A stretch of DNA of 63,980 nt, the filler included, from Nitrospinota bacterium (GTDB lineage: Bacteria; JAUXIQ01): assembly GCA_030620925.1 (NCBI GenBank). It is 13 parts of 13 records of this genome, joined end to end, with 100 filler letters (N's around TTAATTAATTAA, not from the genome) between each part and the next. Parts side by side here need not be neighbours in the genome. Positions count along the whole stretch, not along the records: positions 49,315 to 53,176 come from JAUXIQ010000275.1; positions 53,277 to 61,027 come from JAUXIQ010000082.1; positions 61,128 to 63,980 come from JAUXIQ010000398.1; 10 more parts are not named here. One strand, written 5' to 3'. Below the pieces are notes generated by a model. That model was not told where the DNA came from, did no database searches, and saw nothing but the letters and a program-made list of their open reading frames with translations. Positions within the stretch are counted from its first letter, which is position 1. Every line of letters begins with the position of its first letter. The position numbers were made by a program, and so were the translations under genes. This document shows, piece by piece, positions 50,481 through 63,980 of the stretch.

Positions 50481-52877
50481 TTAATCCTTCCGGTACCGTT
50501 TCCCCCGCCAGCCGCCAGCAGCCCGAACCGGCCAGCCCACAGCCCACGGAGGCATGGTACCCATTATAGTTTCAAGTTCTTCAATGCTTTTTGTGCCCGC
50601 CGGAACCTCGGCGATAAGTTCGTCGTGGACTCGGAGCACGAGGAGATACCCGGCCCGTTCTAAAGCCGGTACCGCGTGGGCCATTATGTCCCGGGCGGTC
50701 GCCTGGATCACATTTTCGGCGATTCGGCCCCCATATGTCTGGATGCGTATCCAGCCAATAGGGCCCATTTTAGGGTTGCTGTTCCACCCCTCGAAGGAGA
50801 GTTCGAGCTGATTGTCCCACCTCTCAGACGGAGACAGGCGGGGCCGGTGGTACGTGAGACGCCGCCCGGAGGGTAACTGGCAGTACAGGGCGTCACCTCG
50901 GACCTCGAACTCTATTCCGTTGTAGGCGAAAACCCGTCCGGGGTTCTGCACCGCCGAAATGGCCATGCCTTCCAGGCCGAACAGTTCGAAGCTCTCGGGT
51001 GCCCAAGGTTTACCCCGGACTTGGCCGCCCCACAATTCCACAATCTTCGGGGACGCCTCTCGCCAGGCGACAATAATTTTCTTTACTTCGTCGTCCGAGA
51101 AGGTATCCGAGCTGTCGAATTGCCTCCACGCCCCTATCCAGCCGCCGAAACCGAGCCCGAGTTCCGCAATTTTACCGATCTTGTTCCGGTCGGGGTGCCG
51201 CTCCCCGTGTTCGACCTCGTGGGCTTTGTACTCTTCGTAGCTTATGCCGGTAACGCCGGAGGCGCCCCGGAGGTAAATATCCTCCTTACGGTTGAACGCT
51301 TCGACCCTCCAATCCTCCCCGGCGAGTACTGCCGTGACCACGGCCTCTATACTGCTATAGTCGGAGCACAGGAAATCATACTCGGGCGCCGGGGTGAACA
51401 TTCCCCTGATACAGCCTGAGAGCGTGAGGAGGGCGTCCCCGAATATCCGCTCGACATGTTCAAGGCTACCGGTTCGGATCGCTTTGACCGCATGGGGTAC
51501 CGCTTCCCAAGACCAGGACTTCGGCTTGACGTCCAGACCGGGGATAAATCCGCAGTGGGCGCACTTTACAAACCGGGCCCCGTAGGGTTCCCCACACTGG
51601 CCGCACCAGATCAGTTTCGGCCCGTTCTTAACGAGGTTTTGGGGCTGGATGTCCTGGCCGCCGTCCCGTCCCGTCCGGGCCGCATGGTATGCGATGAGAT
51701 CATGCGCCCGTCCGGCCTTACTCGCCATCCTTTGCATGGCGTACAGCTTTTTAACCCCGGCAGAGCCCACCAGCTGCCGTATTTCGAGAGCGCGGCGGGC
51801 GTCGGGGGGTAGAGTGGGGTTTTTCAAGAGGAGCTCAACACCGTCGGCGTCAAGGGACTGAGTGTGGACGCCCCTGGATGCCAGCCACACCATCAGCTTT
51901 TTAACTTCGGAGGCTTTTTTGATGCCCCCGGTTTCGACTGTTGTGCGGATAATGTACTCGGCGGGCAGGGCTCCCCCGGCGCCGGGTACGAGTTTAGCCA
52001 CCTTTTTAGCTCGGGCATACGCCGGGTTACGAACCTGACGAGTTACCGGCCCCTCGCACCAGGTCAGCCGCTCAAGCTCAGCATTATATTTTATAAGAGC
52101 CTGGTCCAGGATAGCGACACCCGCGTGGATCGATATCATGTCCAGCCCGAGCCCTCGGACGTTTGCGGCCTGCGTACAGAGCCAGAACTCAGTCTCCGAG
52201 GGGGAAAGGTCCGGGCACAGCAAAGAGACGCCCGACTCAGCTTTGATATCCCCTATGCAGTAGTTGTACAGCTTCTGCCCATCTTGGGCGTCCTCTTCCG
52301 GGCGGATACGTCGGCGGTTACTTTTCTTTGTGGGTTTCCGGGGAACACAAAACTTATTAATAAGCCGCGTACCTTCCGTCATTTTCTGGTCAACCGTTCC
52401 GGCTACTTTGGCCGCGTTTTTCAAGGCACCGGGCCATGCGTGCGCCCGGGACTTTGCCATGGCGTCACGGAGCTGCCAGAACGGAAGCTCGGGCCAGCCC
52501 ATGCGGGCGGTACAGACATTTTTCCATATCCAGTACTCAAACGCGCAGTTCCAGGCCTCGGCTAATCCGCCGGCGGCCATATGGTCGAATAGCTCCCGGG
52601 GCGGGATCATGCCGGGAATCCACAACCTAGGGCCCTGGGCGTCTTTAAGGTCGTACGCGAGGCTCAGTACTTCAGTGGTGTGGTGTTCTGAATAGACCGC
52701 GCCGCCTACCGCAAAGATACCTTTTTTAGTTGCCCCTTTCGGGGCCGTATACGATTTGGTAAGCTCGTTCCAGTTGAAACCCGCTTCGGAATACGTCTCA
52801 AAATCCATATCTGGCAGGACCGTGGAAAAGCCGCAACCGGACGGGAGGCGCGTTCCGGCTAAAAGGTTAGGACTCAT
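50481..52877 (-). CDS. Phage family A DNA polymerase with 3'-5' exonuclease domain
   Basis: Exo I DFETYS, Exo II AWNCAFE, Exo III YCIGD; motif A DYSSIE, motif B KIAELGLGFGG, motif C VHDE. Confidence 0.93.
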   Translation of the reverse strand: MSPNLLAGTRLPSGCGFSTVLPDMDFETYSEAGFNWNELTKSYTAPKGATKKGIFAVGGAVYSEHHTTEVLSLAYDLKDAQGPRLWIPGMIPPRELFDHMAAGGLAEAWNCAFEYWIWKNVCTARMGWPELPFWQLRDAMAKSRAHAWPGALKNAAKVAGTVDQKMTEGTRLINKFCVPRKPTKKSNRRRIRPEEDAQDGQKLYNYCIGDIKAESGVSLLCPDLSPSETEFWLCTQAANVRGLGLDMISIHAGVAILDQALIKYNAELERLTWCEGPVTRQVRNPAYARAKKVAKLVPGAGGALPAEYIIRTTVETGGIKKASEVKKLMVWLASRGVHTQSLDADGVELLLKNPTLPPDARRALEIRQLVGSAGVKKLYAMQRMASKAGRAHDLIAYHAARTGRDGGQDIQPQNLVKNGPKLIWCGQCGEPYGARFVKCAHCGFIPGLDVKPKSWSWEAVPHAVKAIRTGSLEHVERIFGDALLTLSGCIRGMFTPAPEYDFLCSDYSSIEAVVTAVLAGEDWRVEAFNRKEDIYLRGASGVTGISYEEYKAHEVEHGERHPDRNKIGKIAELGLGFGGWIGAWRQFDSSDTFSDDEVKKIIVAWREASPKIVELWGGQVRGKPWAPESFELFGLEGMAISAVQNPGRVFAYNGIEFEVRGDALYCQLPSGRRLTYHRPRLSPSERWDNQLELSFEGWNSNPKMGPIGWIRIQTYGGRIAENVIQATARDIMAHAVPALERAGYLLVLRVHDELIAEVPAGTKSIEELETIMGTMPPWAVGWPVRAAGGWRGKRYRKD

Positions 52878-52931
52878 AGTGCCGCCTTTCGGTCCGCCCG
52901 GAGCGAGACGCTCCGGGCGGTTAGGTTTGTT

Positions 52932-53176
52932 TTAGTACGGAATATCGTCGTCATACTTCTCGGCAGCGGCGATCTGCTCTGGGGTCCAATTAAACCCTAT
53001 CAGCTGCTCTCGGGTGTAGACCTGGCCCTGAACCCTAAACTGTTCAACCGGGGGCGCAGAGGGACCACCGGTCGGAGGGGGACCACCGGTCGGAGGGGGA
53101 CCACCGGTCGGAGGGGGACCACCGGTCGGAGGGGGACCACCGGTCGGAGGGGGACCACCGGTCGGAGGGGGACCAC
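52932..53176 (-). CDS. C-terminal part of a phage ssDNA-binding-like protein
   Basis: (GPPPTG)n-GPSAPPVEQFRVQGQVYTREQLIGFNWTPEQIAAAEKYDDDIPY*, directly upstream of polA. Not in the ORF track. Confidence 0.7.
53061..53176. repeat. 18-bp tandem repeat (coding, GPPPTG)
   Basis: GGGGACCACCGGTCGGAG repeated about 6 times up to the contig end. Confidence 0.95.
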
Positions 53177-53276
53177 NNNNNNNNNNNNNNNNNNNNNNNN
53201 NNNNNNNNNNNNNNNNNNNNTTAATTAATTAANNNNNNNNNNNNNNNNNNNNNNNNNNNNNNNNNNNNNNNNNNNN

Positions 53277-53480
53277 GGGGCTTCCTCTCATGAGAATGAG
53301 GAGGACGATCACTTCCAGATAGGCAAAAGGAACTTTACCATCTTCAGGAAGCTTCTCTGGAAAAACGAGGTGTTGCTTAGAGCGCAAGAAGTGGGCGGGA
53401 CTGTATCCAGAACGTTATCTCTGGAAGTAGGCAGCGGCAACGTCAATGTTAAGATAAACGGAGTGGTATCAGAGCTGTAG
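53277..53480 (+). CDS. cheD: Chemoreceptor glutamine deamidase CheD, C-terminal part
   Basis: FQIGKRN...RKLLWKNEVLL..EVGGTVSRTLSL. Confidence 0.85.
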   Translation, partial: GASSHENEEDDHFQIGKRNFTIFRKLLWKNEVLLRAQEVGGTVSRTLSLEVGSGNVNVKINGVVSEL

Positions 53481-53529
53481 TATTTTTAGTGCGTTAGTAT
53501 AAGGTGCGCAGGAAGGGAGGGACCAACCC

Positions 53530-55447
<1,918 letters not shown>

Positions 55448-55889
55448 ATTATCTTACTTTTTTTGATCCCCCTTCATTTCAGGCATGGCCGAGAAATATA
55501 ACCCCGCCGCACAATGGGCAAGAGAGACAATTTGTTGCAAAGCAGTTTTACGTTTATACAAAAAGATTGATGGTGCGGGCCGTTGATCACGATTCTTAGC
55601 CTGGCGTCAGTAGAGCGGCACAATCTTGTTGACTTTCCCTCCGCGCCGTCTAAAATAGAGGGTAATGGGACGGCATGTAACAGGACTCCTTCCGATAAGA
55701 GACCCTGATGCCCGGCGATGTTTTCATTACTCAGTGTTTAGAGCGCCAGGGGGCGGCTCTACCTCCCGCAATGCCGATAAAGTCTTCAACCCGTTATGAT
55801 GAATGTATCTATACGTTTGTGCGTTTTCCAGGAAAAATCCGGATGCACAGCCTTTTTTCTCCGCCCCTGCGCTGGAGGCCGGTGAAACC

Positions 55890-56663
55890 ATGAAGGTGGT
55901 GGCCCTCATACCGGCGCGTTATGCCTCCACACGCTTTCCGGGGAAAGTGCTTGCGGATATATGCGGCAAACCCATGATAGAGCGTGTCTATGAGGGGGTG
56001 CGGGGCTCGTCGCTGCTGGAGAGGGTGATAGTGGCCACCGACGACGAGCGCGTCCGCGCCGCGGTGGAGGGATTCGGCGGCGAGGCGGCCATGACTTCCG
56101 CCGACCACCAGACGGGCACCGACAGGATAGCGGAGGTGGCGGAGGGGTTAGACGCGGAAGTTGTGGTGAACGTCCAGGGCGACGAGCCGCTCATCACCGG
56201 GGAGGTCATAGAAGCTGCGTTGCGGCCGATGTTGGAAGAGCCGGAGCTTGAGATGTCCACGCTGATGTGCCCCATAGACAACGCCGGAGAGTTTTTCGAT
56301 CCCCACGTGGTAAAAGTCATCACCGACAGCCGGGGATACGCCATATACTTCTCCAGATGGCCCATCCCTTTTCACATGGAAGATTGGTCCGGCTGCATCG
56401 GCGAAGATGGGGTGCGTGTTCCTGAGAGGGTCCCTCAGATAGCGCATCGGCACATAGGTCTCTACGCTTACAGGAAGGACTTTCTCCTCCGCTACGCAAA
56501 GATGCCCGCCACCCCGCTGGAACGGTTGGAGAAGCTGGAGCAGTTGCGCGCCCTGGAGAACGGGCATAAGATAAGGGTGGTGAAGACCGAATACCGGGCA
56601 ATAGGGGTGGACGTGCCGGAGGACCTGGAGCAGGTGAAGGCGCTGCTTGCGGAAGCAAAATAA
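55890..56663 (+). CDS. kdsB: 3-deoxy-manno-octulosonate cytidylyltransferase
   Basis: IPARYASTRFPGK, NVQGDEP, HIGLYAY and EKLEQLRALE. Confidence 0.97.
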   Translation: MKVVALIPARYASTRFPGKVLADICGKPMIERVYEGVRGSSLLERVIVATDDERVRAAVEGFGGEAAMTSADHQTGTDRIAEVAEGLDAEVVVNVQGDEPLITGEVIEAALRPMLEEPELEMSTLMCPIDNAGEFFDPHVVKVITDSRGYAIYFSRWPIPFHMEDWSGCIGEDGVRVPERVPQIAHRHIGLYAYRKDFLLRYAKMPATPLERLEKLEQLRALENGHKIRVVKTEYRAIGVDVPEDLEQVKALLAEAK

Positions 56664-56721
56664 ACGAATCGGCGGTTATATTTAAGATTGATCGGGTTAT
56701 AATAGGATGTTTAAGAACTGA

Positions 56722-59228
<2,507 letters not shown>

Positions 59229-59269
59229 GAGCTGTAATCAGCTCGATTATTGAGGGTTAAAGGTTAGCA

Positions 59270-59899
59270 ATGGATTTCATGCGGGATATAAGCATCAAGA
59301 TACTCCCTCTGCTGTGGGCCATCACCATACACGAAGTATCGCACGGTTGGGTGGCCAACAGGCTGGGAGACCCCACGGCGCGGCTGGCGGGACGGCTCAC
59401 CCTGAATCCCCTAAAGCATCTGGACCCCTTCGGCATGCTGGCCTTCTTTCTGACCAGGATGATAGGATGGGCGAAGCCCGTGCCGGTGGACCCCCGGCAT
59501 TTCCGCGACCCCCGCAGGGGCATGATATGGGTGGCCCTGGCAGGGCCCGTGTCTAACTTCGCCATGGCCTTCATAAGCGCGGGGATATATCATGCGCTGC
59601 TTCCGGTATTTCAGGCCATGGGGCCCGCCGCCGAGAAGAGCATGCTTTTTCCCGTCTTTCTGATGGTGGGCTGGAGTGTTAGAATAAATGCAATCCTGGG
59701 TATCTTCAACCTGGTGCCCATACCACCGCTGGACGGGGGAAGGATACTGGTGGGCGTCCTTCCAGAGAGTGCGGCGGAAGGATATTCAAAAATAGAGCCT
59801 TACGGTTTCTTTATAATACTCTTTCTTCTGTTCACAGGCGTACTTTCTATGTTTATCTTTCCCATTTATCGGGATTTCATGTCACTGCTCATACGGTAA
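59270..59899 (+). CDS. Site-2 (M50) membrane metalloprotease
   Basis: HEVSH, AGPVSN and NLVPIPPLDG. Confidence 0.95.
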   Translation: MDFMRDISIKILPLLWAITIHEVSHGWVANRLGDPTARLAGRLTLNPLKHLDPFGMLAFFLTRMIGWAKPVPVDPRHFRDPRRGMIWVALAGPVSNFAMAFISAGIYHALLPVFQAMGPAAEKSMLFPVFLMVGWSVRINAILGIFNLVPIPPLDGGRILVGVLPESAAEGYSKIEPYGFFIILFLLFTGVLSMFIFPIYRDFMSLLIR

Positions 59900-59935
59900 A
59901 CCGTCTGAAGCCTGGTCGTTACACAGGGAGATGAG

Positions 59936-60925
59936 ATGAACGAGTCCAAACGGGTGCTGAGCGGGATGCGGCCCTCGGGTAAGCTGCATCTTGGGAACTT
60001 GATGGGCGCCCTCAAGAACTGGAAGGAGTTGCAGGATGAGGGCTACCACTGCCACTATTTCGTGGCCGACTGGCACGCCCTCACAACCGACTACGAGGAT
60101 ACCAAGGAGATAAAGGAAAACGTGATGGAAATGGCGGTGGACTGGCTCTGCGCAGGCCTTGACCCCGGGAAGAGCACCCTTTTCGTGCAGTCCTGGGTGC
60201 CCGAACACGCAGAGCTGCACCTCATGCTCTCCATGGTCGTCCCCCTGCCCTGGCTGGAGAGGAACCCCACCTTCAAGGAACAGCTTAAAGAAATAGAGGG
60301 CAAGGAGATATTCAATTACGGCTTCCTGGGCTACCCTGTGTTACAGGCCGCCGACATAATCATATACAAGGCGCATTACGTGCCCGTGGGGGCGGACCAG
60401 CTCCCCCACCTCGAGCTCACCCGGGAGATCGTTCGCAGGTTCAACAACCTTTACCGCGAGGTGTTCCCCGAGCCGGAAGCCCTGCTGACCGAATACCCCA
60501 AACTACCCGGTACGGACGGCCGCAAGATGAGCAAGAGCTATGACAACGCTATTTACCTTTCAGACCCCCCCGATGTGGTGCGGGAGAAGATACGCACCAT
60601 GATGACCGATCCCGCCAGGGCCCGTCGCAAGGACCCCGGAAACCCTGAGATATGCCCGGTGTTCGACTTCCACAAGGTTTTTTCCTCGCCTGAGCAGATA
60701 AGCTGGGCGGAGAAGGGCTGCAAAACGGCCGGAATCGGCTGCGTGGACTGCAAAAAGGTTATGGGTGACAATTTGGCGAGTGAAATGAAGCCCTATTTCG
60801 AGAAGCGGGCTGAGATAGCCTCCAAACCCGAGAAGGTGGCTGAGATGCTGCGCGAGGGCAGCGATCGCGCCAGAAAGGAGGCCGGAAAGACGTTGAAGGA
60901 AGCCAGGGAGGCGATGAATATTTAG
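59936..60925 (+). CDS. trpS: Tryptophanyl-tRNA synthetase
   Basis: SGMRPSGKLHLGN, YPVLQAADI, GADQ and KMSKS. Confidence 0.98.
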   Translation: MNESKRVLSGMRPSGKLHLGNLMGALKNWKELQDEGYHCHYFVADWHALTTDYEDTKEIKENVMEMAVDWLCAGLDPGKSTLFVQSWVPEHAELHLMLSMVVPLPWLERNPTFKEQLKEIEGKEIFNYGFLGYPVLQAADIIIYKAHYVPVGADQLPHLELTREIVRRFNNLYREVFPEPEALLTEYPKLPGTDGRKMSKSYDNAIYLSDPPDVVREKIRTMMTDPARARRKDPGNPEICPVFDFHKVFSSPEQISWAEKGCKTAGIGCVDCKKVMGDNLASEMKPYFEKRAEIASKPEKVAEMLREGSDRARKEAGKTLKEAREAMNI

Positions 60926-60958
60926 GGGAGCAAATATATATCCGGTTGGCAGCGAGGG

Positions 60959-60994
60959 GCGGGTTTCCTTGTCCGAAAGGGAAAACCCGCTTTT
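60959..60994 (+). terminator. Intrinsic terminator after trpS
   Basis: GCGGGTTTCC...GGAAAACCCGC followed by TTTT. Confidence 0.7.
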
Positions 60995-61127
60995 CAATTT
61001 TATACAGGGCCGCCGACAATAGTAAAANNNNNNNNNNNNNNNNNNNNNNNNNNNNNNNNNNNNNNNNNNNNTTAATTAATTAANNNNNNNNNNNNNNNNN
61101 NNNNNNNNNNNNNNNNNNNNNNNNNNN

Positions 61128-61719
61128 CTTCAGCTCCCTCATGTTCGGGCGGTTGGGGGATTACATAGACACCAAGTATCTCATCATTCTGGGAATGACA
61201 TTCAGGGCTTTCGCCATCTGGCGCTTCACTTTTCTGAACATATACACCCCTATGGCCGTGATACTCTCCATCGTGATGCTGCGCAGCGTGAGCAACGGGT
61301 GGCTCATGCCCAACTTCGCCAAGGGGATTATGAGGTCGCTGCCCGATGAGAAGCGGCGTGAGGGCTCGGGCCTCATGACCCTCATCCGGGGCATCGGCGG
61401 CGTTACCGGCGTAGCCGTTCTCACGGCGATTCTGACCCAGCGCACCGACTATCACACCACGATTCTCGCCGAGAGGGCCAACCTCTCCGTTTTCGGCATC
61501 AAGCAGGCTCTCTCTGCCCTCTCCGGCACGTTCCAGCAGGGAGGGGACACGCAGGTACTGGCCAATATGAAGGGGCTTTCCCTCATTTTCGGTAAACTCA
61601 TCGAGGAGGCCATGATGTTCGCCTATCAGGACACCTTCTTCTTCATGTCCTCCCTCCTCATCGTGGCCGTTCTGCCTGCAATACTTCTCAGGCGCTCACC
61701 ACCGGTACCCGGTACCTGA
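61128..61719 (+). CDS. DHA2 (EmrB/QacA-type) MFS efflux permease, C-terminal part
   Basis: GRLGDYID, RGIGGVTGVA and AYQDTF. Confidence 0.85.
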
Positions 61720-61918
61720 TATTTCAAGTATGAGAAAAAACGCCTCCGGGGGGGTGGTCTATATCTAAGGCCGATAATTTTCGGGTCAGGTTGTATTACG
61801 GTCGATAAAGTGATAAAAATAAGTAAAGTTTAAATTGTCCGGTCATTGGGAGCACGTCTCACCGTAATTAAGAACTTCAATGATTCAGTTACCCTGCCGA
61901 TAAGATTTCTGAGAGACC

Positions 61919-63076
61919 ATGAGAACTGAATTTAAAAATAAGCTGACCATAACGACAGGGATTACTATCGGCCTGCTGATCTTCTGGTGTGCGGCCGTTT
62001 ATGCCGGAGGACCTTCGATTCAATCAGCGGCCGGTGCCGTAGCACTCCTGGAAACCTTTGATGAAGCCGGTAAGCCCCTTTTCAAGGGAACGGCTTTTCT
62101 GGTGTGGAACAAGGAGGTAGCGGTTACACGATATCATGCCATCGCCGACGCCCACGCTGCGAAAGTCACCTTCGCCGGCGGGGGGACGGCCGAGGTGGAG
62201 GGCGTTATCGGCGTCGACCGGGCCATGGATGCCGCTCTTCTTAAAATCGGAGGCGGAGGTTCCATATGCCTGGAGGAAAACGTCGGAGAAGTTAAGCGTG
62301 GTGATCAGGTGACGGTGGTCGGCTACCCTTACGGAGAATACAGGGCCACAAAAGGCATGGTGACGGCGCTCGGAGATATAAGCGGCGGGGGAGGGAAGGA
62401 GATACTTATCGTGCTGGAAGCCCCCCTGGGGCCTGGAGCGAGCGGTGGGGTGGTGCTGGACGCCCGCGGGGCGGCGGTGGCCGTGGTGGGGATCGGGTTA
62501 TCCGTGAACGGCTATGAGGTGCTGGGGCTTTTGGTTTCTGAGGTTCGGCCGCTCATGAAGGAAGGACAGGTTATCGGGCTGTCCGATCTGGCCGTCCGGG
62601 ATGAAGAAAACCCTTATCGCCTCTATCATCTGGGTAATCTCTTCGATCAGCAGGGCAATACCAAAATGGCCGTGGAATACTACCTCCGCTCGCTGAAGGC
62701 GAACCCAGACTATCCGCCCGCGCATCTGGCCCTGGGTCTCGTCTTTCGCCGTACCGGCAGGCTCGATGAGGCGGCGGAGGAATATAGAGAGGCGCTGCGC
62801 ATAAAACCAGACTATGGCCCGGCTCATAACAATCTGGGAGTTATCTGCGGTATTCAGGGGATGTTTGAGGAGGAGATGGCCCACTACAGGGCCACCCTGG
62901 GGATTAACCCGTGGGATGCGCAGGCGCACTACAATTTGGGTGAGACGCTGATGAGAATGGGCAGAATAGATGAGGCCATGGAGGAATACCGGGCCGCGCT
63001 CGATATAAACCCTCACCTGTTTAAAACGCTGGAGCTTCCGGCCAGAACCCACCTATTAATCACAAACTCCCCTTGA
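61919..63076 (+). CDS. Exported trypsin-like serine protease domain + TPR repeats
   Basis: Signal peptide; H (TRYHAI), D (DAALL) and S (GASGG); four C-terminal TPRs. Confidence 0.85.
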   Translation: MRTEFKNKLTITTGITIGLLIFWCAAVYAGGPSIQSAAGAVALLETFDEAGKPLFKGTAFLVWNKEVAVTRYHAIADAHAAKVTFAGGGTAEVEGVIGVDRAMDAALLKIGGGGSICLEENVGEVKRGDQVTVVGYPYGEYRATKGMVTALGDISGGGGKEILIVLEAPLGPGASGGVVLDARGAAVAVVGIGLSVNGYEVLGLLVSEVRPLMKEGQVIGLSDLAVRDEENPYRLYHLGNLFDQQGNTKMAVEYYLRSLKANPDYPPAHLALGLVFRRTGRLDEAAEEYREALRIKPDYGPAHNNLGVICGIQGMFEEEMAHYRATLGINPWDAQAHYNLGETLMRMGRIDEAMEEYRAALDINPHLFKTLELPARTHLLITNSP

Positions 63077-63117
63077 GGGAAAGAGCCCTGTAACTATTTA
63101 CCAACGGGGATTTAGAT

Positions 63118-63161
63118 GAAGCCGGCGCCCGGAAACGATCGGGCACCGGCTTCTCTTGTTT
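63118..63161. terminator. Hairpin terminator between convergent genes
   Basis: GAAGCCGGCGCCCG-loop-CGGGCACCGGCTTC with a T-rich tail. Confidence 0.7.
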
Positions 63162-63980
63162 TCAGATGTTCAGCTCTGTGGGTTGGGTTACATGACTCCA
63201 GGCGATGGTATTAGGCACCTTTTCTATAAGCTCTTCCACGGTCCATATACCCTTCTGATTGAAGGCTGAGGAGATGGGGCCGGGATTCACCCACAGGGAT
63301 ACCCTTCCTCCGTTCACGCCCAGGCACTGGCCGTTTATGAATTGAGCTTCGTCCGTGGCCAGGTAGCAGATGACGGGGGCGATAGCAAGGGGGCCGCTTG
63401 TTTCCGGCATGCCGGAGCCCTCTCCGCTCGACTGCTGTTCTGAGGGGGGGCGCTGGGAGTCGAGGTCATCAGTCATGCGGGTAATGGCTGCGGGGGCCAC
63501 GGCGTTTGCGGTGACGTTGTATTTGGCCAGGTCTTTGGCGGCGGTGCGAACGAAGCCCAGGATGCCCGCCTTGGCCGCGGAGTAATTGATCTGGCCGATG
63601 TTTCCCCTTGCCGAATCGGAGGTGAGGCAGATGATGCGGCCGCTCTTCTGCTGGCGCATGTAGGGGGATGCGGCGCGGGTGGTGGTGAAGCAGCCTTTGA
63701 GATGGGTGGCTATTACGCCGTCCCACTCTTCTTCACTCATGTTGAATACCATACGGTCGCGCAGGATACCGGCGTTATTGACCAGGATGTCTATCCTGCC
63801 GAAGCTGTTGATGGCGGTGTTGATGATGTTTTCGCCGCCCTCCATGGTGGTTACTGAGTCGTAATTGGCCGCCGCCTCTCCGCCCTTGCTCTTGATTTCG
63901 GCAGCCACTTCATCGGCCACTGCGCTGGAATCACCGTAGCCGTGCCTGTCCCCGCCTATGTCGTTTACCACTACTTTGGC
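63162..63980 (-). CDS. Short-chain dehydrogenase/reductase (3-hydroxyacyl-CoA dehydrogenase-like), 5'-truncated
   Basis: VVNDIGG, NNAGILRD and YSAAKAG (YxxxK). Confidence 0.95.
   Translation of the reverse strand, partial: AKVVVNDIGGDRHGYGDSSAVADEVAAEIKSKGGEAAANYDSVTTMEGGENIINTAINSFGRIDILVNNAGILRDRMVFNMSEEEWDGVIATHLKGCFTTTRAASPYMRQQKSGRIICLTSDSARGNIGQINYSAAKAGILGFVRTAAKDLAKYNVTANAVAPAAITRMTDDLDSQRPPSEQQSSGEGSGMPETSGPLAIAPVICYLATDEAQFINGQCLGVNGGRVSLWVNPGPISSAFNQKGIWTVEELIEKVPNTIAWSHVTQPTELNI

Larger units (their letters stand above)
49315..53176 (-). mobile_element. Phage or prophage fragment (whole contig)
   Basis: Co-oriented SSB-like gene, phage-type PolA, several tiny tightly packed ORFs and a pentapeptide gene; no host housekeeping genes. 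Confidence 0.88.

Noticed and set aside
50481-52877. Possible DpoZ (2-aminoadenine-specific) polymerase
   Set aside because: No purZ, datZ or mazZ on the contig, and no diagnostic feature I can verify by eye.
53061-53176. 18-bp and 15-bp (49315-49430) tandem repeats as CRISPR or iterons
   Set aside because: Both are head-to-tail without spacers, multiples of 3, and translate into sensible protein repeats.
55448-55889. 440-nt intergenic region with a promoter-like TTGACT...TAAAAT, as a possible ncRNA (6S/SRP/tmRNA)
   Set aside because: No diagnostic RNA motifs were recognised. It needs an Rfam scan.

Overview
This window is not one continuous locus. It consists of 13 short contigs (about 2.6-8 kb) of a draft or metagenome-assembled genome, joined by 12 artificial 100-nt linkers (44 N + TTAATTAATTAA + 44 N), so synteny only holds within a contig and many ORFs are cut at the linkers. 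Most contigs look like a Gram-negative bacterium with broadly Desulfobacterota/Nitrospinota-like gene content (inference). They carry mreBCD-mrdA-rodA, kdsB-pyrG-kdsA, trpS, cheD-cheY/X-cheB, purC, lsrF and liv-type ABC transporters. They also carry many CoA-dependent catabolic enzymes: two B12 acyl-CoA mutases, acyl-CoA dehydrogenases, a crotonase and a carboxyltransferase. One contig (49315-53176) is phage-derived, with family A DNA polymerase, an SSB-like gene, a pentapeptide-repeat gene and an operator-flanked promoter. The best leads are three. (1) An unannotated small DUF2892/YgaP-like membrane ORF (7703-7930) has two in-frame TGA codons at the family's Cys site (Y-U-P-U) followed by a SECIS-like hairpin, making it a candidate di-selenocysteine protein. 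(2) A B12 acyl-CoA mutase has Leu/Asn specificity residues, so it resembles pivalyl-CoA mutase rather than methylmalonyl-CoA mutase, and it sits with a thiolase relic and a citryl-CoA-lyase-like gene. (3) A His/Cys-rich leader ORF ending in PFRPPR lies upstream of an ABC substrate-binding gene and is a candidate ribosome-stalling metal sensor. No rRNA, tRNA or CRISPR array was recognised. All calls are from reading motifs by eye; no database searches were run.
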